Shown piece by piece: positions 56,741 through 64,000 of a DNA stretch of 64,000 nt. Position 1 is the stretch's first letter, and every line of letters starts with the position of its first letter. The notes under the pieces are model-generated. The model had not been told where the DNA came from, ran no database searches, and saw only the letters and a list, made by a program, of their open reading frames with translations. This DNA is from Treponemataceae bacterium (lineage in GTDB: Bacteria > Spirochaetota > Spirochaetia > Treponematales > Rectinemataceae). The translations under genes and the position numbers were made by a program. The stretch spans positions 1,920,001 to 1,984,000 of the forward strand of contig CAXXHO010000003.1 in assembly GCA_963667725.2 (NCBI GenBank), in the 5' to 3' direction.

Positions 56741-58078
56741 TCAGGGAATCTGGGCGATGATGTCCTTGAGCCAGGGCTTCTTGGCGAGGTCTCGCTCGAG
56801 GCCCTCGGCGCGCGCCTTGTTCACGTAGTCCCTGTTCTCGAAGTAGTAGTGGTAGTTGGTATGGACATCGTAGGTGCCCTTCATGAGGGCGAAGGCGTCT
56901 TCCGTCATGACGAGTTCCTCATCGGTGGGGATCACGAAGACCTTCACCTTGGAGCCGGGGCCGGTGATGTCGAGTTCCGCGTTGCGGCACTTGGCGAGGG
57001 CGTTCTTCTTCTCGTCGATGGCGATGCCCATCTCCTCGAGTCCCTGCGTCGCCAGATGGCGGATGGCCGGGCCCATCTCTCCCACGCCGGCGGTGAAGAT
57101 GAGGGCGTCGACATGGCCGAGGGCCGCGTAATAGGAGCCGATGTATTTTTTGATCCTGTAGCTCTCCATCTGCTGGGCGAGGATGGCGATGGGGTCGCCC
57201 TTCTCGGCAGCCAGCTCGATGTCGCGGCGATCGGCCCATTTGCCGGTGATGCCGAGGACGCCCGATTCCTTGTTGAGCTTCTTCTCGACGTCGGCGGCGC
57301 TCATGCCCGTCCTGCGCATCATGTGGAAAATGATTCCGGGATCGATGTCGCCCGACCTCGTGCCCATGATAAGGCCCTCGAGGGGCGTGAGGCCCATCGA
57401 TGTATCGAAGGAGCAGCCGTTCTTCACCGCGTTGATGGAGGCGCCGTTGCCGATATGGGCGGTGATGACATTGGTCTCGAAGGGATCCTTGCCGAGGAGG
57501 ACGGCGGCTCTTTTGGCGTTGTAGAGGAAGCTGGTTCCGTGGAAGCCGTAGCGGCGGACCATGTGCTTTTCGTACCATTCCTGGGGGAGCGCGTACATGT
57601 AGCTCGACGCGGGCATGGTCTGATGCCATGCGGTGTCCATGATGGCGCAATGGGGGACATCGGGCAGCACTTCGCGCGCCGCTTCGACGCCCATCAGGTT
57701 GGCGGGATTGTGCAGGGGAGCCAGGTCGATGAGTTCGCGGAAGGTGGCCAGGAATTCGTCGTTTATGATGGAGGAACGGGCGAAGCGCGAGCCGCCGTGA
57801 ACCATGCGATGGCCGACCGCCTTGATCATACCCATGTCGGATATGACGCCGTATTCGGGATCGACGAGGGTATTGAGGATGAGCTGTATGGCGATGGTAT
57901 GGGTCGGGCATTCGTGATCGACGACGTAGTCGGCTTTGCCGCGCGCCTTGTGCGTGATGGAAGAACCGCCGATGGTGACGCGTTCGACGATGCCGGTGGC
58001 CAGGATGTCTTTATTGTCCCAGTCGTACACCTGGTATTTGACGGAAGAAGATCCGCAGTTCAGTGTCAGTATGACCAT
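56741..58078 (-). CDS. ackA: Acetate kinase
   Basis: [50 protein letters not shown]-terminal extension. Confidence 0.96.
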   Translation of the reverse strand: MVILTLNCGSSSVKYQVYDWDNKDILATGIVERVTIGGSSITHKARGKADYVVDHECPTHTIAIQLILNTLVDPEYGVISDMGMIKAVGHRMVHGGSRFARSSIINDEFLATFRELIDLAPLHNPANLMGVEAAREVLPDVPHCAIMDTAWHQTMPASSYMYALPQEWYEKHMVRRYGFHGTSFLYNAKRAAVLLGKDPFETNVITAHIGNGASINAVKNGCSFDTSMGLTPLEGLIMGTRSGDIDPGIIFHMMRRTGMSAADVEKKLNKESGVLGITGKWADRRDIELAAEKGDPIAILAQQMESYRIKKYIGSYYAALGHVDALIFTAGVGEMGPAIRHLATQGLEEMGIAIDEKKNALAKCRNAELDITGPGSKVKVFVIPTDEELVMTEDAFALMKGTYDVHTNYHYYFENRDYVNKARAEGLERDLAKKPWLKDIIAQIP

Positions 58079-58176
58079 ATTCGCTCCTGTGAGGTTTTGC
58101 CCATCCTAGCATCCAGCCGGGGTTTTTCACAAGATGATAAGAAAGATGCTCGTCACGAAACTTTGTTAAGGTGGGA

Positions 58177-60180
58177 TCAGAGGAGCTGTACGGGATCTAT
58201 GTCCACTTCGAGGCGGACCGAGGATGGGGTCTTGTAGCCGCCAAGGAGGGAGCGCATGGAAGCATGGAGCTTCGCGAGGCTTGTCGCTCGAAGGAGGATC
58301 TGCCAGCGATGCGAACCCGCTATCATGCCGAGGGCGCATTCGGCGGGACCGAGCAGTTCCACGTCGGCGGGGAGGGTTGCCGCGCCTTTCCGCGCGAGCT
58401 CCCTTGCCGCCCCCACGCAATGGTCGCGCTCCCGCGATCGGACCACGATGCGCGCCATGCGGGAGAAGGGGGGGAAACCCTGGGCTTCGCGAAGGACGAG
58501 TTCGCCCGAATAGAAGGCTTGCATGTCGAGGGTCGAGGCTAGCCTGATGACGGGGTTTTCGGGCCTGAAGGTCTGTATGAAAACGCGCCCGTCGGGATCG
58601 TAGCGCCCCGCCCTGCCCGCCACTTGGACGATGAGCGAAAAGACGCGCTCGGCGGCGCGGAAGTCGGGCAGGTTGAGGCCCGCGTCGGCAAGGACGACGC
58701 CTACGGTCTTCACGCCCGGGAAGTTCAGGCCTTTGGCGACCATCTGGGTGCCCAGGAGGATGTCGATTTTTCCGCTCCTGAATTCCTCAAGGGTCGATTC
58801 GAGGGAGCCTTTCTTCGATACGGTGTCGGCATCCAGGCGCCTGATTGTCCAGTCGGGAAACATTTCGGCCACTTCTTCCTCGATGCGTTCGGTTCCGAAA
58901 CCGCGCCAGCCTATGTCGAGGGAACTGCATTCGGGACAGGCGCTCGGGGGCGTCGTCCGGTAACCGCAGTAGTGGCAGATGAGCTGGTTCTGCTCTTTGT
59001 GATAGGTGAGAGCGACCGAGCAATGTTTACATTTGAGCTCGGCGCCGCAGGTGTCGCAGACGAAGAAGTGGGAAAATCCCCGGCGGTTAAGAAAGAGGAT
59101 GGACTGCCGTCCTTCGGCCTTCGTTTCGATGAGCGCTTTTTTCAGCCTTTCGGAGATTGTCGAGGCTTCGGCTCTCATGTCGACCACTTCGATTTCCGGG
59201 AAATCCCCGCCGCCTGGGCGCTGGCTCAGGGTCTGGCGGTTCATGGCGCCTGTCTCGCAGGAATGCCAGGCTTCGACTGAAGGGGTGGCGCTTCCCAGGA
59301 TGAGCCGCGCCTTCTCTTTGCCCGCGCGGTACATGGCCACCTGGCGCGCGTGGTAGCGTGGGGCGTTGCCGGCCTTGTAGCTTCCCTCGTGTTCCTCGTC
59401 TATGACGAGAAGTCCCAGGTTCTGAACAGGAGCGAAAATGGCGCTGCGCGCGCCGATCACCATATGGGCTTCTCCCTTGAGGATGCGGCGCCATTCCGAC
59501 AGTTTCTGCGATGGGGTCAGTCGCGAGTGGATGACGGCACAGTCGTCGCCGAAACGCTGCCTGGCCGAGCGGATGACCTGGCCGGTCAGGGCAATCTCCG
59601 GCACGAGGTAGATGACGGAACGCCCCGCCGCGAGCGTACGTTCGGCGGCCTGCAGGAAGACTTCCGTTTTGCCCGTCCCGGTAGGCCCGTAGAGGTAGGT
59701 GGTACCCGATTCGGAAGCGAGAATCCCATCGAGGGCCGCGCGCTGTTCTTCCATGAGGGCAAGCGCCTTGTCGCCGATCTGGAAATCCTCGATTTCGGCA
59801 TAGGACTGGAGGCTTTCCCTCCTCCCCGTCGGCAGCATGGAGCCCAGGGCTTCGCCCAGGGAACAGAAATACATGCGCGCCACCCAGGCGGCCAGTTGGA
59901 CCGTGGATTCGGCGAAAATCGCTTCGGTGTCGACGGCTCGCTTTATCGGCTTTATGAGGGTTGGATCGAGGGAGCAGGTCGGAGCCGTCTCGACGACGAA
60001 GCCGGCGAGGCCGCGCCTCCCGAAGGGAGCCTCGGCCCTGCATCCCATCCTCGCCGGCTTCTCGTCATCGTTTCTGTACCAATAGGTATCGTCGATGGGC
60101 AGAGGAAAGGCTATGCGCACATAGGCATCGGCGCGGGCTTCCGGTTCCGCCCGGTCAGGGCTTTCTGCGGCTTCAGTCAT
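58177..60180 (-). CDS. priA: Primosomal protein N'
   Basis: GPTGTGKTE, DEEH, SATPS, two Zn fingers, GTQMVAKG, QVAGRAGR. Confidence 0.96.
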   Translation of the reverse strand: MTEAAESPDRAEPEARADAYVRIAFPLPIDDTYWYRNDDEKPARMGCRAEAPFGRRGLAGFVVETAPTCSLDPTLIKPIKRAVDTEAIFAESTVQLAAWVARMYFCSLGEALGSMLPTGRRESLQSYAEIEDFQIGDKALALMEEQRAALDGILASESGTTYLYGPTGTGKTEVFLQAAERTLAAGRSVIYLVPEIALTGQVIRSARQRFGDDCAVIHSRLTPSQKLSEWRRILKGEAHMVIGARSAIFAPVQNLGLLVIDEEHEGSYKAGNAPRYHARQVAMYRAGKEKARLILGSATPSVEAWHSCETGAMNRQTLSQRPGGGDFPEIEVVDMRAEASTISERLKKALIETKAEGRQSILFLNRRGFSHFFVCDTCGAELKCKHCSVALTYHKEQNQLICHYCGYRTTPPSACPECSSLDIGWRGFGTERIEEEVAEMFPDWTIRRLDADTVSKKGSLESTLEEFRSGKIDILLGTQMVAKGLNFPGVKTVGVVLADAGLNLPDFRAAERVFSLIVQVAGRAGRYDPDGRVFIQTFRPENPVIRLASTLDMQAFYSGELVLREAQGFPPFSRMARIVVRSRERDHCVGAARELARKGAATLPADVELLGPAECALGMIAGSHRWQILLRATSLAKLHASMRSLLGGYKTPSSVRLEVDIDPVQLL

Positions 60181-61018
60181 GGTCGATCAGGTCGCGCAGC
60201 CGTTTCAGGTCTTCCCAGGCGGGACGCTTGAGCGTCGGATCCCGCAAGAGGGCCGATGGATGGAAGCTGGCGACGACGGGGATGCCCTCATATTCGTGCA
60301 TTCTGGTCCTGAGCCGGTTTATGCCTTCCGTCGTGGAAAGGAGGGCTTGGGCCGCCGTCCTGCCCGCGCAGAGGATGGCCTTGGGGGAAAGGAGGCGTAT
60401 CTGCTGGCGCAGGTAGGGCATGCACGCGGCTCTTTCGTCGGGCGCCGGTTCCCTGTTGTTGGGAGGCCTGCATTTCACGACATTGGCGATATAGCAGTTT
60501 TTCCGTCTGTCGAGCCCGATGGAGAAAAGCATTTTGTCGAGGAGTTGGCCTGAAGCGCCGACGAAAGGGAGGCCCTGGCTGTCTTCCTCGGCTCCCGGGC
60601 CTTCTCCCACAACCAGGACCAGGGGCTTTGCGACGCCCTGGCCGAACACGACGTTTTTGCGCGCGCTGGAGAGAACGCATCGGGCACAGGTCAGAGCCTT
60701 TTGCCCCAAGGTTTCGAGCGTCTCTCCCTCTTCGTTGGGCGGTGCTGCTGCTGCGGCGGTCACGTTGGGGGCCTTAAAAGCGGCGGCTGCGGGGGTTGAA
60801 GCGACGCCAGGCGCCGAGCCAGGCGCCGCGATGGACGCGGAGCGCAGTCTTTTCAGCAGTTCGCCGGAAGGCCGCTCGATCCTCATGCCCGTCGACAGGG
60901 CGCTTCCGATGGTATCGAGGGATAGGAAGAGATCGGCCAGGTCGGGCGCCGCCGCCGCCTTCTCTGTCGCGGCCGCGGCCGGGCCGGGCGCGGTCCGGGA
61001 GTTTTCATTGTCCATCAT
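60173..61018 (-). CDS. udg: Family-4 uracil-DNA glycosylase with Ala/Pro-rich N-terminal linker
   Basis: CARCVL, VGEGPG..ED..G.PFVG, KCRPPNNR, FHPSALLR. Confidence 0.9.
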   Translation of the reverse strand: MMDNENSRTAPGPAAAATEKAAAAPDLADLFLSLDTIGSALSTGMRIERPSGELLKRLRSASIAAPGSAPGVASTPAAAAFKAPNVTAAAAAPPNEEGETLETLGQKALTCARCVLSSARKNVVFGQGVAKPLVLVVGEGPGAEEDSQGLPFVGASGQLLDKMLFSIGLDRRKNCYIANVVKCRPPNNREPAPDERAACMPYLRQQIRLLSPKAILCAGRTAAQALLSTTEGINRLRTRMHEYEGIPVVASFHPSALLRDPTLKRPAWEDLKRLRDLIDHD

Positions 61019-63479
61019 GGGCGATCTCCGCTTTCATGCTCAATTTTTTCGCGCCGAAACGTCCGCTCGAGACCTTGACGACGATCTCCCCTTCCCTGCC
61101 GATGGAAGCGATCCAGAAGGCGGCCGAACCGCCCAGGAAGCTGATTTCGGAGGGTCCGACCAGCCTGCCCGCGCCAGACACTCCGATCCGCAACGGTTCG
61201 AAGATGAATGAACAGGGATTGTCATACTGATCGAGAACGCGCGCCGTGACGCGCTGGGTATCCCATTCGTCGCCGGTCCTGACATGGAGGACGGTTGCGT
61301 CGGCCGTCAGTTCAAGCCTTGAGGCTGAAGCGTCGGCGCCGTATCTCCTGCGCGCTACTTCGGCGCCATCGAAGATTCCAACCAGCTCGAAGACATCGTC
61401 GGGGCAGCCCCAGGCCATTCCATACTTCAGGATAAGGGCTTCGGCGTCCTTGAGTTTCATGCGCCGGTTGAGGGCGAGGCGGAGGAAGCGGAGCTTGTCG
61501 GCCGGCCGCAGGTTCGCGGCGCCCTTCTTCATGGCTTCCGACGCCAGCGAGAGGAAAAGCTCCTTGTCTTTCGTGGCGAAGCCTTCCCTGTCGATCCGAT
61601 CTCCGATGAAATCGTCCATCGTCACGGGCGGATGTTCGAGGTGAGGATATGTTTTCCGGTCCGGCAGAAATCGCCCAACTTTCTCCCCGGAACGATAGAG
61701 ATCGACGGCATCGCAATTGGTGTAGACTTCTACGGGCAAAGGAAGCATCGCGCTCCGCTCGCCCTTGGCGAAAAGCGTCGCCGGTTCGAGGATGACTTTT
61801 ATTTTCGGATCAGCCTGGCTCGCGTAGAGCGCGGCCGCGTACTTGGGTATCCGGAACATGTCGGCGACGCCGTGATAGCAGATCCTGTCGCCGGAGCCGA
61901 AGTCTTTGTGGGTATTGTAATCGAAGGCGCACCAGCCTATGGCGCCGGAGACCGCTGAATCGCCCATCGCGGCGTCGAGAACGCGCGCGTGCCGCCGGGC
62001 GTGCTCCGCGAGCCGTTCTTCCTGGTCGTAGCGTTTCGTCGGGAACATGTGGCCGTTGTGTTCGGTTATGAGATAGGGCGCGTCCTTGCTCTTGCCCTTG
62101 ACGGATGCCGGCGACGCTATGGCGAGCTTGCCGCCGTCATGGGTGAAGTCGTTGTAGGTATAGACATCTTCCAGAAGCCTGCTGCCCCGGAAATTCCGCA
62201 CCCCGCCCCTCTGCCTGTCCGGATCGAGGGCGGCGGCCAGCGCGTTGGTTCTCGCGTAAAGCTCGTCGTCGTCCGGCGATTCGTTGACGCGGACGCCCCA
62301 AAGGATTATCGAGGGGTGATGCCTGTCGCGCCGGATGAGGTCTCCCAAGTCGGCCAGGGCCTGGTCCTTCCATGCCGAGTCGCCTATATGTTGCCATCCG
62401 GGGAGTTCGGTCAGGACGAGGAGTCCCAGTTCGTCGCAGGCGTCGAGGAAATGTCTCGACTGCGGATAGTGGCTGGTGCGCACGATGGTCAGTCCCAGTT
62501 CCCGCTTGAGGATTTCGGCGTCCCGGCGCTGCGCCCCCGGTCCCATCGCATAGCCGACATAGGGCCAGGATTGATGCCTGTTCAGGCCGCGCAGGAATAC
62601 TTTTCTACCATTTAAATAAAAGCCCTGTCCCGTGAAGCGCGCGTCCCTGAATCCGATGCGTTCTTTCAGGCTGTCCGCGTCATGGTCCCCGATCCGAAGG
62701 ATCACATCGAGATCGTAGAGTTCGGGCGAATCGATATCCCAAAGCTTTATCCCGCTCAGGCCGTCGAAATCGAGCCGAAGCTCTCTTTCCCACTCGGTTC
62801 CGGCGCCGGGAATTTCCTTCCAGGCCTCGGCTACGACCGCTCCATTCTTGGCGAGCCTGGCCAGGATATTCGCTCCCGACCAATCCGAGCCTCCCATCGT
62901 CACGTCGATGGAGAGTCGGGCTTCCTGGGCCGTCCCATCGGATGCCGCTCCTTCGGGCGCCTCCCCTACCCGGGGACGGGCATGGATTCTTTCGATATAC
63001 GCTTTTTCCTGGACGCGAAGAGAGACAGCCCGGTAGATCCCCCCATAAACGAGGTAATCCACGACGTCGCCGAAGGGAGGGATGCCCGGATTTTCCCGCG
63101 CGTCGACTTCCACGATAAGCCGGTTGAGGCCGTCGGGCTTCACCGCCTCGTCGATATTCACGGAGAAAGGCGTGTATGGCCCGGAATGGCTTCCCACTTT
63201 TCGCCCATTGAGCCAGATTTTGCAGGATACGGCGACTCCCTCGAAATCCAGGAAGATTCTTCCGCCCTCGGGAAGCTTGGGGGTTTCGAAGTCGCGAGAG
63301 TAACAGCCCTTTTTCTGATACGATCTTTCGTCGAAATGGTTGAAGGGGAGTTCCAGCAGGCTGTGAGGCAGGTCCACGCATTCCCAGTCGGCCGGGGAGA
63401 AAGCATCGCCCAGCCAGGATTCGTCCAGAGGGGAACCGAGGAATAGCCAGCCCGCCGAAAGGGGATAAATACCGCGCAT
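61005..63479 (-). CDS. GH2 beta-galactosidase
   Basis: GGIYR, GLNRHQ, RTSHYPQ, VRVNES (acid/base), ITEHNGH (nucleophile), GWCAFDY. Confidence 0.9.
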   Translation of the reverse strand: MRGIYPLSAGWLFLGSPLDESWLGDAFSPADWECVDLPHSLLELPFNHFDERSYQKKGCYSRDFETPKLPEGGRIFLDFEGVAVSCKIWLNGRKVGSHSGPYTPFSVNIDEAVKPDGLNRLIVEVDARENPGIPPFGDVVDYLVYGGIYRAVSLRVQEKAYIERIHARPRVGEAPEGAASDGTAQEARLSIDVTMGGSDWSGANILARLAKNGAVVAEAWKEIPGAGTEWERELRLDFDGLSGIKLWDIDSPELYDLDVILRIGDHDADSLKERIGFRDARFTGQGFYLNGRKVFLRGLNRHQSWPYVGYAMGPGAQRRDAEILKRELGLTIVRTSHYPQSRHFLDACDELGLLVLTELPGWQHIGDSAWKDQALADLGDLIRRDRHHPSIILWGVRVNESPDDDELYARTNALAAALDPDRQRGGVRNFRGSRLLEDVYTYNDFTHDGGKLAIASPASVKGKSKDAPYLITEHNGHMFPTKRYDQEERLAEHARRHARVLDAAMGDSAVSGAIGWCAFDYNTHKDFGSGDRICYHGVADMFRIPKYAAALYASQADPKIKVILEPATLFAKGERSAMLPLPVEVYTNCDAVDLYRSGEKVGRFLPDRKTYPHLEHPPVTMDDFIGDRIDREGFATKDKELFLSLASEAMKKGAANLRPADKLRFLRLALNRRMKLKDAEALILKYGMAWGCPDDVFELVGIFDGAEVARRRYGADASASRLELTADATVLHVRTGDEWDTQRVTARVLDQYDNPCSFIFEPLRIGVSGAGRLVGPSEISFLGGSAAFWIASIGREGEIVVKVSSGRFGAKKLSMKAEIAHDGQ

Positions 63480-63496
63480 AGAGCCGCTCCTGGGAG

Positions 63497-64000
63497 TTAT
63501 CCCGCCACCATCACCTGAACGATCTGGATAACGGGAAGGACAATGCAGACGACAATGAATACGATTTCCAGCGTGAGCATTCTCCGTTCCGCCGTATCGT
63601 TCTTGAGCAGTTCGTAGACGTTCTGCAAGGCGTCGAGACGTTTGGCGACCGACACTTTCCAGCTTTCCGTATTGAAAATCGAACAGAGACGTTCATAAAT
63701 AAGGCCAAGGAAGTAGTCGCCGATGATTTTCGACGAATTGTCGAGGTTTTCCAAGGTGAAGAGCGCGTCGAAGCGCAGGGTCTGCAATTTTCCCAGCTTT
63801 ATCTTCACCGCGCGCTGGCCGAAACGCGTCTTGCCGCCGCTCAGGTATATCTTGCGGATATCCTTTTCGGCCTCGTCCAGCCACTTGTCCAGGAGAGAGT
63901 CCAAGGCGCGGAGCTCGATCAGTCGATAATTGGCGTGCTCGGCGATGAGAAGCACGTCCTCGTAATCCCGCGAGGGATCGATGATGATGCAGCGGTCGAA
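63497..64000 (-). CDS. Hypothetical membrane-anchored protein (DUF155/RMD1-like C-terminus), N-terminus outside the window
   Basis: Frame stays open to the window edge (FDRCIIIDPSRDYEDV...); helical region, then LEIVFIVV TM segment. Confidence 0.6.
   Translation of the reverse strand, partial: FDRCIIIDPSRDYEDVLLIAEHANYRLIELRALDSLLDKWLDEAEKDIRKIYLSGGKTRFGQRAVKIKLGKLQTLRFDALFTLENLDNSSKIIGDYFLGLIYERLCSIFNTESWKVSVAKRLDALQNVYELLKNDTAERRMLTLEIVFIVVCIVLPVIQIVQVMVAG

Noticed and set aside
56669..58237. 522-aa ORF antisense to ackA
   Set aside because: Antisense shadow; no recognisable motifs.
58177..63479. GH2 gene overlapping the udg-priA unit as a functional link
   Set aside because: Most simply genome compaction; no mechanistic connection supported by the sequence.

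Overview
Bacterial chromosomal window of about 55 protein-coding genes; no rRNA, tRNA, intact CRISPR array or transposase was seen. The gene set (treponemal-type AckA, M23 peptidase-bactofilin-PSP1 cluster, outer-membrane proteins) suggests a GC-rich free-living spirochaete (inference only). Left to right: (1) a LacI-controlled TRAP sugar-acid catabolic operon; (2) a GC-rich mutagenesis cassette of degenerate DUF72, dead Y-family ImuB-like protein and DnaE2, behind a leaderless promoter carrying a candidate SOS box; (3) a ~10 kb lower-GC amino-acid catabolic island of two convergent operons whose promoters share a 38-bp element; (4) a FadR-TRAP-IlvD operon, arfB and bcp; (5) an accessory region with two AAA+/DUF4143 ATPases and what look like scars of a deleted type I-C CRISPR-Cas operon (WYL N-terminus, cas7c C-terminus, cas4 N-terminus; none in the ORF track), then YafY-GyrI and a PaaX-like gene with a 31-bp-phased operator array; (6) aspS and a Tat-exported split-Soret-type cytochrome c with System II maturation genes; (7) housekeeping genes (ricT, bactofilin, M23, htpG, rlmE, PTS IIA), an RND efflux locus with two TolC-like genes, a PII-like gene and a two-component system, a probable major outer-membrane beta-barrel, ackA, priA, udg and a GH2 beta-galactosidase. 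All family calls come from motif recognition by eye; no database search was run.
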